Notes: generated by a model not told the origin, from the letters alone. Positions 1 through 24,840 are shown, counted from the first letter of the stretch. The stretch: DNA of 64,000 bases from the human T2T-CHM13v2.0 reference genome, Homo sapiens (GCF_009914755.1 NC_060941.1); one strand, 5' to 3'. Program-made: numbers and translations.

Positions 1-1
1 A

Positions 2-377
<376 letters not shown>

Positions 378-3039
378 ACAGATGTTTTATACTCTGGGTA
401 TAAGACTCTGACTCTCAAATCTGACAAACGAAAACTTGAAGCTTTAAAAAAAAAAGAAATGGTTGGAAGTTGGGAAACTTCTCATTTAAAAGTTCCAGAC
501 AATTTTTGTGTTCTCTAACAGTGAAGACTGAAGTTTTCCCTGGGACTGATGCCCTTGTTTTGGTGAAAGTCTTCTGAAAGGACCTGTTAGTTGTGCAGAA
601 GTAAGGCTAGGCCTCCTCCTGTTCTCGGGGCTCAGGGTGTGAGTGGTCTGAGGCCCGCCATCGACCCCGGTGCCTCAGTGGCAGATCGAGTGTCTCTCAT
701 CCCTTGTGGCCACTTGATCTGCTGAATTCTGAGTCGGATGTGTTGAAGTCTCTTCCTCTGAACTGTGGTTTGTGTAAAAAGCTTTGATTTCTAAGAGATT
801 ATGTCGAACCATACATAAAGGTTTCTAGCCCTATCTTCTTGGTGGTGGCTTTTACCTTTAATTTTAGTTAGTCCTTTTAATCTTGAAGTATACATTTTGC
901 AATACCAATATTACTGTTTCCATCTATGTTTTGAGGTTAGAAATCAGAGTTGGAGGCAGGGTCTGGGCCCAGGTGCTCTTGCCAGGGCTGCTTTCTAGGG
1001 TAGAATGGAGGAAGAGCCTTGGGCAAGGGCCAAGACCACTGGCCACTGTCGCCAGGGGAGCACTCAAAAGTCAGGGCTGTGCCTGGGAGCAAGAGGGACT
1101 CCAAAGACCCAGAGCAGATCTGGAGCACTGTGAGTTGGAGGAGTTGGGGTCGGACGGCAGCCTACAAGGGTGAGGGTGGTGAGAAAGCAGGGTGAACAGA
1201 GAAGGACAGATGTGGCCCGCTCAGGGATCCACACCAGTGTATGGAAACTGAGGCCCAGAGACCACCAGCCAGTAAATAGCTGGACCCAGGGAGGCCAACT
1301 CCACAGTACGCACCCTTAACTACCATGCCGGGTAGCATCCTTACTGTCCCAGAAGCATGCTTGCTTCCTCTTTACACAAACCATCCCACTCTACACCTCT
1401 TCCCCTGAGCGCACAGGACAGGACAGGACAGCTCAGTCAACACTGTCAAACCCATGACTCATGGGAGGAGCATCCCTCCAGGCATGAGTGAGCTCAGCAT
1501 GGCACAGGTGTGCCAGGATGACCCCTACTGACATTTCTTCCCTGCTTGTGTACTCTTTGGGATGCTCCCACCCCTATCTCCTGCCACCCTCAGAGCCCCA
1601 TAACTGTGTCCCCCTGGCTGAGGCAGCCCTGTGCCCACGGCCCTGGAACTCACTGGGCTCAGATAGGGAGCCTGGGAACCGCTGAAGGCCATCTCCACCG
1701 CCTCTGTGGCCACCGCTGCCTTTCACACCTGCCAGGCAGTCCTTTGCAGAAGGAATGACTTAACAAAGAAATAGAAACCAAAGCAACTTGGCTGTTATTC
1801 AATGGGGAGGAGCCGGCAGCAAGAGGAAGTGGGTCCAGAGAGAGAAAGGTGGTAGGGTGCTGGTTGAACTGGGGTGACACTCATAGAGGGAAGTAGGCAC
1901 TCCCAGCCCCAGTGACCTTTCCCTCCTCCCTCTCCTGTGCTCAACCCCAGCCTGAAGCATAATTGGTTTATAGAGGTCTACAATGCTTGACCACACTGAC
2001 ATGACAGTGAGTTGCCAGATGACACTGCCCAGAAGTATGTGGCTGGGTGTCCTAAGCATGCTTGGCCACTGGTTCCAGAAAATAATGGGGCTGGGCATTG
2101 CCTGTGCACAGGGTGCTTGTGGGGAAGGGCGGCTTCAACCCATTTTACATATAGAGAAGCTGAGGCTCAGAGTCTAAGGGAGATGCCCCAGGTCACACAG
2201 CTAATTCGTGGCAGCCTGAGCTATATGAAGATTCTCAGACTCTTCAAAAAGTATTTCTCCTCTTTAAATTTCTATTCTTCATGTAAAAACATAATTATGT
2301 AGAAGGGAATATTTTGCATGAAAAACACTATAATGAAGATTTTTATTCTAGAGTATGTGGTGCCCAGGAGCTTCTGATCCTCCCTCTCAGTGAATCTCTC
2401 TTTTTTCTCTTCTCCATCCTTATTTTCTGAGCTTTAGGATGGGGAGAGAAGTCTTGGACATAACAGAACATTTCAAGCGACATGGGAGTGGGAAGGAACA
2501 TATGGCATGAACTGCCTTTAATTGGCTTCAGCAGCTAGTTAGGGGAAATAATTGGCTGAAACAGAGAATAACAGGATAGGCTGCAGAGGGGAGAGGGAGC
2601 CATGAAATAAACTTACCTGAAGTTGACCAGGTCCCAACGATGTGCTGGCGAGAAGGCCCAGAACTCAAGCTGGGGATGGGCGGGTAAGGACCATACAGGC
2701 TCGAGGGGATGGCAGGTGCCCCAGGCCATACGTGAGTCTGCACGTCTCTTCCTTCCTGTGCTCTGCCTAGATGCACTAGAATTTGCAGATGAATTCCTTT
2801 GAGATGCTCCCATAGACTGAGGCCGTGTGTGTCGTCTGCACTCTCCATCCCATTATGTTCTGGATCAAGTAGAATCTGACCAAGTTAAGGAATAGACAGT
2901 ACAAGGGGAGCAGAAAGGAGAGAAAGGAAGGGAAATTCTTTGCAATCCTCTCGAACACCAGGAATATTTTCATCACGTCACGTCATTTGTAGGCAATCAC
3001 CAATTGATTGGGATATGGAACAACTGGAACTATCATTCA

Positions 3040-3395
<356 letters not shown>

Positions 3396-3855
3396 ACTGC
3401 TTGGTGAGTTGTAATACAGTCAAATATCTACTTCTATGTTCTGGCTTTTCTACTTCTGAAAAATTACCCAAGAGAAAGGAAAACATATTTGTCTGTTTTT
3501 AAAAGCTTTACTCATCGTAGCCCCAAGCTGGTAACAATGCAAATGGTCACCAACAGAAGAAGGGAGAAATGAATTGTGGTTTTCACACCACAGGGTGGCC
3601 CTCAGCAATAAAAAGGAGCTAGGCCACAGGAAACGTCAATGAGCCTTGCAACTGAGCGGAAGAAGCCAGATCCAAACAGACACATGCTGTGAGAATTCCA
3701 TTCGAGTCAAGTTGAACAACAGGCCAGAGTGGCGTTACCCTTGGGAGTCACTGACTGGGAGGGGCACGAAGGAGTCTTGGAGAGGCTGGAAATGTTCTGG
3801 ATCTGGTTCTGGGTGGTGGTCCCACAGGTGTTTACATCCATTAACAACAGGCTGA

Positions 3856-4155
3856 GGCTGGGTGCAGCAGCTGACACCTGTAATTCAGCACTTTGGGAGA
3901 CTGAGGCAGGAGGATTGCTTGAGTCCAGGAGTTTGAGACCAGCCTGGGCAGCATAGCAAGACCTTCTGTGTACTAAAAATCAAAAAACTTAGTGAGGCAT
4001 GGTGGTGCATGCCTGTAGTCCCAGCTACAGGGAGGCTGAGGCAGGAGGATTGCTTGAGCCTGGGAGGCTGAGGCCACAGTGAGCTATGATCACACCACTG
4101 CACTGCAGGTTGAGTGACAGAGCAAGACCCTGTCTCAAAACAAAACAAAACTCAA
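3856..4155 (+). mobile_element. AluJ-like
   Basis: Alu dimer with ggaggattgcttgag. Confidence 0.88.
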
Positions 4156-4657
4156 ACAGAAAACCAGGATCTGTACATTTTACTCTACCTAGACGATATC
4201 TCCGTAAAATACTGCTAAAAGAAAATATCTCCCAGAGCCCAAGGAGACACAGGCACAGCTAAGAGTTCCAGCAGTTTAGCACCTTAGCATCACCTTGAGC
4301 CTTGGAGGTGAGTCACAGTTAAGCAGCTTCACTAGTGAGTCCAGCCCATAAAGGAGGGCCCTCTGCTCCACACCCTGTCTGGAGGTGCCCCAGTAAGGTC
4401 ATACCCAAAGGCTGACATGTTTTTAGACTAATCAACACAGTACAGTAGGGAGGCACTTCGAGGCACAGTGCCAGGCCACTGAGAGTTCTGACTTCGGCAC
4501 CCTTCAGTCACCACAATCCATTCCCAGTGGTTAGCTCTGGTCTTCAGGAGACTAGAAGCAGCCCTCGGGAATGTTCCTGCTCAGAGCTCTAGTGTTCAAA
4601 GTCACAGACCCTTCTCGGAGGCTCTCTGTTCTCTGCCCTATAGACTGAGGGAGTCTG

Positions 4658-6282
<1,625 letters not shown>

Positions 6283-6431
6283 TTTTTTTTAAATGTAAGT
6301 ATGATGGTCTCTATGAACCAGACTGAGAATCTACCACTGCCAGGTTTATTCTGTTCCCTGTCCCCCCACAGGGCCTTACCCTAGGCACTTCCTTCAGGGT
6401 GTTTAGGACAGGCTGGTCTCTGCTTGACAGG

Positions 6432-6815
6432 TGCTATGATTTGAATGTGGTTTGTGCCAACCAAAACTCATGTTGAAATTTACTTGCCAACATGATGGTG
6501 TTTGGAGGCAGGGTCTTTAAGAGGTGACTGGGTTATCAGGATGGATGAATGACTTCCTCTGGGTGAGTTATCAAGAGAATGGATTAGCTCTCCTGAGAGT
6601 AGGTTGTTATAAAGCAGGTCAGCCTATTTTGTTCTCTCTCTCTGGCACACGCTTGCTTGCCCTTCTGCTTCTCTGCCATGTTAGGACACAGGTCAAAGGC
6701 CCTCACCAGAAGCTGACCAGATGAGCTGCCCAATCTTGGACTTCCCAGCCTCTAGAACTGTGAACCAAAGTAAATCTCTTTTCTTTGTAAATTACCCAGC
6801 CTCAGGGTGCATTCC
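6432..6815 (+). mobile_element. MST-family (MaLR) solo LTR
   Basis: tgctatgatttgaatgt...aaaactcatgttgaaattt...ttggacttcccagcctctagaactgtga...taaattacccagcctcagg. Confidence 0.85.
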
Positions 6816-6889
6816 TAAGGTATATCAGATAACTCTGGGTGACAGGACTTAGGCAGAACTTCATTATCAGCCTCTCAAGCCTGAGTGAA

Positions 6890-7265
6890 ATGTTTTCATT
6901 TTAGACATTCTAATAGTTGTGTAGTGGTGTCTCATTAATGGTTTTAATTTGCATTTCCTTAAAGAGTGATGATGTTGAACATTTATTCAGTTGGTTATTT
7001 ATGCCTGTGTCTCTTCTTTTTTTGCATTGTCTGTTTCAACGTGTTGCCCATTTATAAACTTAGATGGTTTTCTCATTATTTAGTTTTGAGAGTAATTTAC
7101 ATATTTTGGATGAGAGTACTTTTCTTTTTTTTTTTTTTTTTGTTGGTATTTAACAAGACTTGACAGATGCAAGCACTTTATCAGAAATCTGATTTTCAAA
7201 TATTTTCTCTTAGCCTGTGACTATCTTTTCATTTTTTCAACAGTGTCTTTCAAAAGCAGTCCTTA
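6890..7265 (-). mobile_element. Old L1 fragment
   Basis: ggttttaatttgcatttcctt...gatgttgaacattt antisense L1 motifs. Confidence 0.75.
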
Positions 7266-7344
7266 AATTTTTTTGAATGTGCCAAACACATTCATATTTA
7301 TTTTATTTTTTTAAAAGTAAATAATGAACAGCAGTTTATCGGTT

Positions 7345-8418
<1,074 letters not shown>

Positions 8419-8728
8419 GTTTTACTTTTTTAAAACCTAAGCTTAACATTACGTATTTAAACAACTGTCAAAACTTACTAAGTTGCCAGCCAGCATTCAT
8501 GCACAACTAGAAAACATGCTTAATTTATATTAAGCCACAAATAGATTACCATTAATATCTTTCAGTACTAAATACTGGGGAAAAAAGCAATTATTTCTGT
8601 GGAAGATTCATCCTGACAGTGTTATCTTATCAGCAGGCTGACACCACTTGCATCACATCTCAAGCAAAATTGAAAATCAGATACATTGGTAGTGTACAAT
8701 CTTGTACACACTACCAAAGAATCATAGC

Positions 8729-9125
8729 TGGATGGGTGCAGTGGCTTCCACCTGTATTCCAAGCACTTTGGGAGGCTGAGGCAGGAACCTTCCATGACAG
8801 TTAAACTCTGCCTGTTGAAAAAAAGAAACCGGGGATGGTGGCAAAGTCACACCTGTAATCCCAACACTGTGAGAGGCCGATGCAGGAGGACTGATTGAGT
8901 CCACGAGTTTGAGACCAGCCTGGGCAACATGGAGAAACCGTGCCTCTACAAAAAATACAAAAATTAGCTAGGCCTGGTAGTGCATGCCTATAGTCCCAGC
9001 TACTCGGGAGGCATAGGTGGGTGGGAAGATTGCTTGAGCCTGGGAGGTTGAGGCTGCAGTAAGCCAAGATCGAGCCACAGCCTGGGTGACAAAGTGAGAC
9101 CCTGTCTCAAATAAATAAATAAATA
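8729..9125 (+). mobile_element. Rearranged Alu (partial monomer plus AluJ-like) with (AAAT)n tail
   Basis: Alu motifs; flanked by aatcatagct / agtcacagct. Confidence 0.8.
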
Positions 9126-9437
9126 AGTCACAGCTTACTTTGGATTATGTTTAATTAAGAAAAGCAAAGTACATACAGAGATTTATAACTTTAAAGACAA
9201 AAAAAGTCTTACTATGTGATCCAAAGAATAAACTCATAAGTCCATGACAAATAGAAGTTCTAAACAATTGTTTACAAACACTTCAGGTATAATTACAGTA
9301 AAAGTCAAGTTCATCTGAAATCACCAAAAAAGTTTCTGGTTGGGCACGGTGGCTCACCACCTGTAATCCCAGCATTTAGGGATTTTCTTACAATAAAAGG
9401 CATGCAGGTTGATTATTATCAAACTGTTCCTATTTTA

Positions 9438-9700
9438 AATGACATGATTGCCCCTATATAAAATTTTAAGGAATCTAAAAACAAAAAACAGCTTCCGAAA
9501 CTAGTGAGTTTAGAAGCGCACAGCATGCAACATAAATATATGAAAACCGATTGTATTTCTATATAGTAATAAAAAACAAGTAGACACTAAAATTAAAACT
9601 GCTATGTTGTTTATAATCACTCGAAAAATTAAATACTTAGCTATAAATCTCACAAAACATGGACAGAACTCATAAGCTGAAATCTACACAGTGCTGAGGA
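9438..9700 (+). mobile_element. Old L1 ORF2-region fragment
   Basis: gattgtatttctata...aaatacttagctataaatct L1M-like motifs. Confidence 0.7.
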
Positions 9701-10499
9701 GAACAAGTTCCTGGATCATCCTGCAACCTGGAGGGGACGGCCCTGGGGCTTTCAGGGCCCTGGGGCTTTCAGGGTGGAGCGTGAACAGGCCTCCGGGAAA
9801 CATCTTCCATCAGCCAAACCCTCCTGCTGCCTTATTGAAGAAGTCCCTCTTCAGGCTCTTCTGCTCACGTCTCTGAATCTCTCCTTGGCAAAGGCTCACG
9901 TGGGCTCTGGCACCGGCGTCATGCGGAGGACAATGAAGGGCAGCCGGGCATCTTGGGGTGACTCCCGGAGCCCCGCCTGCACCCAGGCCGGCTCTTCCTG
10001 CACAGTGGCCCTGCCTGAGGCTGCTTTCCACCAGCAGGAATCGAAACTGATCTGGATGAGAACACGTGTGTGGAGGGAGGAGGCTTGGCTAGAAATGAGA
10101 AAGAGCAAGAACACCTTTATGAGGCAGAGAAGGGACAGTGACGAGGATTAGGGTTCAGGGCTGCAGGCTGCCCCCCAGCTGGTCCCCCAGCCCAGGCCCC
10201 TCCCCACCCCTCCCTCTAGCCGAACTCTCATCAGCAGGACCAGGTAGCACAGTGCTTGGCCCAAAAAGAACAAATTGAAGTTATTCAGAGAGCTCAGGAA
10301 ACCCCTCTTACAGGCATCAACTGGTTTCCAGGAAAAGAGAGAGGTTAAAAGCCGACCCCACCACTGCAATGACTCTCTTTTGAGCCCTAAAGCAAACAGA
10401 AAAATCACTGGGGTACGGAAGAAACATTTAGCATAGTGGTGCCCAGACTTTGGTAAGACAAGAATCTTCCAAGATTTGTGTGCTTGGGAGTAGGGCTAG

Positions 10500-11941
<1,442 letters not shown>

Positions 11942-12620
11942 TAGGAAGCAAGCTGGGTATGTGCGTTTAGAGGTGCTGTACATTTTCAGCATTATAAATG
12001 AATAGAGATGAGTGGCAATAGTTTTTTTGGTCCATAGATTTTTGGTATCTTAACTAGTTTTGGATCTCTTCAACTAAAGGGACTGCCTGTTGAACGTTGT
12101 TAGGAATATAAGTACTGAAGGCAAACTGCCTGGGTTTGAATTTTGTTCTGTCCCTTGCACCCTGCCTGGCTTCAAATCCTAGCTCTGCTTATTAAAGTTC
12201 TTTTAAGGGATGATCTTTGAGCAAATGTCTTAGCTTCTGTTTTCCCAAGTAAATGGACACAATAGTTGCTACCTTGTGAAAGATTCATGTAATTGACCAG
12301 TGTTTACCAAGTAGCATCAGTGTTCAGTTTCAGTCATTGGTGATTCTGCAGTTGGATTGTGAGGTGGTGCTGGGGTGGGGGTGGTGTGTGTGTAGCACTT
12401 AATTGCACACAGAAAGGAAAAGATACTTTTTATAACCGAGAGGCAGCTTTTCTCTTCCTTTTGTGTCAAAAGGGAAGAAGGGAGTTTGGAGAGGGAAACC
12501 AATTCTCTGTAATACTGAGCTCTCTTCCTCAAAATCAGAGGTAGATAGAATGTGTAATAATTTACAGAATTTCTAGACTGAAACAATCTGATTTTTTTAA
12601 ATGTATTTTTATTTTTTCAG

Positions 12621-12726
12621 GTTGAGACTGAACTAAAGTTAATCTGTGGCGACCTGCTGGATGCACTGGACAAGCACCTCATTCAGCAGCTGACGCTGGC
12701 AAGTCCAAGGTTTTCTATTATGAAAT
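12621..12726 (+). pseudogene. YWHAE: YWHAE (14-3-3 epsilon) exon 3 fragment, copy A (106 nt, 1-nt deletion)
   Basis: ttttcag|GTTGAG...GAAAT|gtagg; [21 protein letters not shown] / [14 protein letters not shown]. The symbol names the parent gene. Confidence 0.9.
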
Positions 12727-13248
12727 GTAGGTTCTATACTAGAAAGGAAAATGTAAGATTAAAAGTTGGCCTTTTTAGAATCATGACTTCCTTCTATGTA
12801 GGTTTCCAACTTTTTTAAAAAAATAATTGTTTAATGTTAGAAGGATAGTTAATGTGGGAATAAACAGATGGTCAGGCTATTATAAAAATGCATTAGCTTT
12901 TGCTTTACTTACTTATATTCTTTTGCTTTCATGGGACCTATCTCATTCCCCTCCCCCAAACGGCCACACATTTCACAGTGCTGGCTGAATGTTTCATGTA
13001 GACATTTTATTTTATGATTAATACACTTGTGCCATTTCTTGGAACCACTTGCTTGTTTAATTCTAGTCTATCAAGTGATAATTTTGTTGATATTTAGAGG
13101 CTCCTCAGTTAATTTCTGTGGGATTTTTGGTTATATTTAATAAGGAAAATGATAGGAAATATCTAAGAAAAAAGAAACAAAGCCAATTATTCCTGAGCGT
13201 GTTTAAAATTATTGAAGTACACTTGTTAATTTTTAGTATAGAACCTAC

Positions 13249-13355
13249 ATTTCATAATAGAAAACCTTGGACTTGGCAGTGTTAGCTGCTGGAATAAGGT
13301 GTTTGTCCAGTACATTCAGAATGTCGCCACAGATTAACTTTAGCTCAGTCTCAAC
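13249..13355 (-). pseudogene. YWHAE: YWHAE exon 3 fragment, copy B (107 nt, open frame)
   Basis: The reverse strand reads ttttcag|[36 protein letters not shown]|gtagg. The symbol names the parent gene. Confidence 0.92.
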
Positions 13356-13995
13356 CTGAAAAAATAAAAATGAATTTTAAAAAATTCAGATTGTTGAAGT
13401 CTAGAAATTCTGTAAGTTATTACACATTCTATGTACCTCTGATTTTGAGGAAGAGAGCTTAGTATTGAACAGAATTGGTTTCCCTCTCCAAACTCCCTTC
13501 CTCCCTTTTGACACAAAAGCAGAGAAAAGCTGCCTCTCGGTCATCAAAAGTATCTTTTCCTTTCTGTGTGCAATTAAGTGCTACACACACACACACACCA
13601 CCCCCACCCCAACACCCCATCACAGTCCAACTGCTGAATCACCAATGACTGAAACTGAACACTGATGCTACTTGGTAAACACTGGTCAATTACATGAATC
13701 TTTCACAAGGTAGCAACTATTGTGTCCATTTACTTGGGAAAACAGAAGCTAAGACGTTTGCTCAAAGATCATCCCCTTAAAAGAACTTAATAAGCAGAGC
13801 TAGGATTTGAAGCCAGGCAGGGTGCAAGGGACAGAACAAAATTCAAACCCAGGCAGTTTGCCTTCAGTACTTACATTCCTAACAACGTTCAACAGGCAGT
13901 CCCTTTAGTGGAAGAGATCCAAAACTAGTTAAGATACCAAAAATCTATGTACCAAGTAACTATTGCCACTCATCTCTATTCATTTATAATGCTGA

Positions 13996-16919
<2,924 letters not shown>

Positions 16920-17228
16920 ACATTCTTCTTTCAGGTCATATTTGGATCTCCGTTTTTTCTACAGTGAGAACTCTGGTAACAACATAAATAAATGCATTCA
17001 TTTGTTCAGTTGTACAATATATGCGTAATGAAAATTATAATACCAATAGTATTTCCAGCTACAAACCTACTAAGTTTGATTTAATATTTCTTTGCAATTT
17101 TTTTGTGTGCTTACATATAGGCTACTAAGGGTGTGCAGTCTGAAATTACTTAAGTATCTTTTTCTCGCCAGGAGCAGTGGCTCACGCCTGTAATCCCAGC
17201 ACTTTGGGAGGCCAAGGCAGGGGTATCA

Positions 17229-17522
<294 letters not shown>

Positions 17523-17807
17523 TTAAATTTATGTATTCTTATTGTATTCAGTTCTGCTTCCCACCCCTCATCCTTGTTGATTTTATTTTATTTTTAGAAT
17601 ATATTAAACATTAATATGGTTCAAAAAGAAAAATCTACATTTTATAATTGCAATAATATTTGATTTAGGAAAGAAAAAAATGGATGATAAACCCATTGAG
17701 GTTTTACTCAGAGGGTATACTCAAAAGTCTGAGTTCTTGTCCTTCCCTTCCATTATCATTAGCTTTTAGTTTATCTTAGTTGTCTTCATTTTTGCAGGTA
17801 TAAGCAG

Positions 17808-17910
17808 ATACATATTATATGTATATAATGTATTATATTATATATATTATATATTATATATATTATATATATTTATTATACATATTATACATATTATATA
17901 TTATATATAT
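17808..17910. repeat. AT-only low-complexity (TA/TTA)n tract
   Basis: tattatattatatatattatatattatatatattatatat. Confidence 0.9.
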
Positions 17911-19305
17911 TCTCATTTCCCCTTTCTTGTACAAAAGATAGCATAGTATCCATGCTGCTGTACTTTTAAATACTCTTTTGTATCTTGTTTTTATAGAGAT
18001 GTTTCTTATTTTAATAGCTTTGTTACACGTTGTGTAGATTCCATAGGTTTTTGGCCAATATCCTATGTCTGAGCATTTAGGCTGTTTCCAGTGTGTCAGT
18101 TTCACAGATAATGTTGCAACCAGTAACCTGTGTATTTGCTTTCCATATTACTTATGGAGATGTACCATTGGGTTAACTTCCTGGAACTGATACCTGGCAT
18201 GTCTAAAACAGGGCATCGTTTTCCCAAAACTTTTTCACTTTCATTTGCCAGTATTGAATGGCACCATTATCTATCCTATTACTTATGCAGAAATAAAGGT
18301 ATCTTCATTTCCTCTCATGTCTAGTTTGTCAGCAAATGCAAATTATGTATTCTTAGCCTTTCATTTTTTTCTACCTTCATTTTCTTACAGATCTTCTTAG
18401 TTGGTTTATTATACTAGCCTCCTAACTAGTCTCATTTCTCTCCTAATACTCCCTACTGCTACTAGATGTGTCTTTCATAAAGCCAAAAGTTTGTTCATTT
18501 CACCCAGATCTTCCTTTGTCCAGACCTTCCATTTCCTGGCCTCTACCTGCTTCTGTAGCCTAATCTCTAACACTTCTAACCATGCTGAACTACTTGTAGA
18601 TTCCCCAGACATATCCTGTCCTATCAAGCCTCTTTTGCACTGGAATGCCTTTTTTTTTTTTTACCTTCTACATTTCTTTCTTTCTTTCTTTTTTAACCAT
18701 TTTTGTGGAGAATGGGGTCACGCTTGTTACCAGGCAGATCTCAAACTCCTGGGCTCAAGCGATCCTCCTGCCTCTGCCCACCTAAGTGCGGGGATTACAG
18801 ACATGAGCCACCGCATCCAGGCCACATTTCATTTTAATAACCTTCAAGCAAGACTTTTTGCTAGGTCAGATGTAGTTCCCCTGTTTACCCTTACCATCCT
18901 GCGCTTACCTACATTGACTTGTCTTTTTTTCCCTGAGACTTTGGGCTCCTGTGGACTTTTGGACTCCTATGGACAGGGCATTCCTTCAATTCTGCTTTCA
19001 TGGCACAGCCTGGAGCATGGTAGACACTCAATAGTTTGTGAATATGTGAATAAACTTGATCTGATTACCGATATCTTTTTTAAAAAGTCTCTTTAGGTAT
19101 TCATTTACATGTTCACTGCAAAAAATCCAAACTGCACAGAGGCATATATAAAGTGAACATTTTCCATTACCCCATCTCAGTGTCTAGTGGGAACTATGGT
19201 TAATAGTTCAATATTGGCAAGAAAAACACAAAATAGATTTTCCAGTTACTATAGAATAAAAATGTTCACTATTTTGTTCTTATAGATCATCTCTTTTCCC
19301 TTTAG

Positions 19306-19554
<249 letters not shown>

Positions 19555-19954
19555 TAGTGCTTAAAATTGATGAGTACGCTGAAGTACAAAATTCAGATAT
19601 GACCAAATGTTTCTTTTGGCAGACAAATATGGAGGAAACTGAAGATTTTTTTCCCTCATCTGTAAAATTTTATCTTATTTCCTTTGTAATCAGTCACTTA
19701 ACAGAAAAACAAATACCTAAGTGATGCAGAGCCATCAAATTGTACTGGGGTAAGATACTGTAATTTAAATAATTGGGAGGATTATTTAACATACTGACTA
19801 TTTTTGGAATTGGGTCTTTAAACAAGAGTTTTTGTTTATTGTAGCCTTAGTGATGGGGTGTGTAGCTTATAATGGAAATCATCCACATTTGCCAGGGCCT
19901 ACCACCTCATAGGAACTTGTTGCTTCCATATCATTTCTAATCACTGGTATCTAT

Positions 19955-23313
<3,359 letters not shown>

Positions 23314-23353
23314 ATATTGTTTTATTTCTAATGTTTTTTCTTTTTCTTTACAG

Positions 23354-23408
23354 GAGAACTATTTATGCAGTTAGAAAGAGAGGGAATATTTATGGAAGAC
23401 ACTGCGTG
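23354..23408 (+). pseudogene. RPS6KB1-like exon 6 (55 nt; one Gly codon of SGGELF missing)
   Basis: tacag|GAGAACTA...GCGTG|gtaagt; GELFMQLEREGIFMEDTA. Confidence 0.93.
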
Positions 23409-23591
23409 GTAAGTGAACTTTTTGTGGTTGCAAAGATTCAGGTAATTACAAGCAAAGCCCCATTCCCACTATGGGCAGCCACATGATTCAGTAAATTGAT
23501 CTGGAGCCAGTCACTCACTCAGGACTTCACGGGGGAGAAGCAGTTTTGGGACTGGGCGGCTATGGAGGTCACATCACTCCTTTGCCCTTAG

Positions 23592-23666
23592 GCTTGAGTG
23601 GAACGCTCTTCACACCAGTTGTTCCTAACAGAACCATTCTCATTGCTGCTTGCTTTCCTTGAATTG
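23592..23666 (+). other. Putative alternative stop-containing exon 6a of S6K1 short isoforms
   Basis: ccttag|GCTTGAG...GAATTG|gtgag; in frame with exon 6 it reads WLEWNALHTSCS* (TAA 23626-23628); it lies in a repeat-free intron. Confidence 0.6.
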
Positions 23667-24033
23667 GTGAGCTGCCTGCCTTGACTGTGGGTGAGTGTGG
23701 TTTTCCAGTGAACCTTTATGTGTGGAACAATGGAAATTATCAGAAATCATCTCCTTTTTTTTTTAGGCTTTCTATTTCTCAAGGTGCAGTCTTAGGGAGG
23801 TGATAAGCCTGGCATATCATCTGTGGTCTGATTATATAGTCAGGATGGGATTTACCCTCCTATTTCTAAACATGTCATCTGCTTCAAATTAAAAATATGC
23901 ACATCATTTTGTGAAGCAACAATATTGGATCACAATAAATCAGTTTATCCTACACATTAATTTAATAGAAAATAACACTTAAATGTTTTTTCTACCTTAA
24001 TTACCAAAACTGCATTCCATTGTTTAATTTCAG

Positions 24034-24106
24034 GCCTTTTCTAACACGGAAGCTGCATTTAAGAGCCTTAGGGATGAAGTGCCCTTTTGTGGAGGAGGCT
24101 CACTGA
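24034..24106 (+). other. Putative alternative exon 6c (coding part) of the S6K1 short (p31/h6C-type) isoform
   Basis: aatttcag|GCCTTTT...; in frame with exon 6 it reads WPFLTRKLHLRALGMKCPFVEEAH*, resembling the recalled unique C-terminus of short S6K1. Confidence 0.65.
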
Positions 24107-24840
24107 GCAGTGTTGGAGGCTGTGTTTGTGGTCGTGCTGGCTGTGAAACTGCCTCAGTCCTTCCTCTAGGACACACCCTCTCCATCCTGGAATAATCTGC
24201 AGGATTGCAACATTGTTAAGCAGCCAGTATTGCGGTGCCTTGTGCTTTTCACATCCAGACAGGGTTGATTCAGCCCTTTATTCTTTTGAGGTAGATAAAT
24301 TTGGGTGTCACACAGTTTATAGTTGTGGGCTGGCTGGCTGGAGGGAGGGCGGATACTGTGGGCCTTAGCTGTCTATAAATACGTAGCTGTATTAAGTAAG
24401 GGATGAGTGGGCTTCTAAGGGTCAGGTTATAAGATAGCTTTTGAAATCAAGACTTGATCTCTAGAATAACAACGTTCCTATTTCCTATGGGATTTTAAAG
24501 TTGAGTGTGGATGGGAGAAATTTGTTTTGAAATGAATGACTATTAGCTTAATTCCTACAGACAGAACAAAACATGACCAATGGCAGTTTAGCATATTCTG
24601 GACATCTTTGCAATTTTAGCAGTATGTTCTAATGGCAAAATAAAGCACTTTATAGTTTCACTAAAATGAGTGAAACATAAATGTCCCCATGCCTTTTGGC
24701 AGCATCCTATGCCATCTCTTCTTCCCATACATCCCTGTACCCCACTAATTTGGTCTTTGGTGCATGTCTGTTTCTTTCAAGGAATTTTGCTCCATACATA
24801 AACTGTTTTGGATAGATTACACTCTTTTTAATTCTATTAA

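Noticed and set aside
883-2976. Short ORFs in the GC-richer left end
   Set aside because: No recognisable homology, exon structure or consistent strand; interspersed with MIR-like fragments.
12317-13665. Twin ORFs ending ...PTAESPMTETEH on opposite strands as a duplicated small gene
   Set aside because: They are antisense readings of YWHAE-derived intron sequence in the inverted arms; useful only as evidence of the repeat.
18401-19096. 231-aa ORF, the longest in the track
   Set aside because: It starts at TTG and runs through L2-like remnants and an antisense Alu monomer; no recognisable domain.
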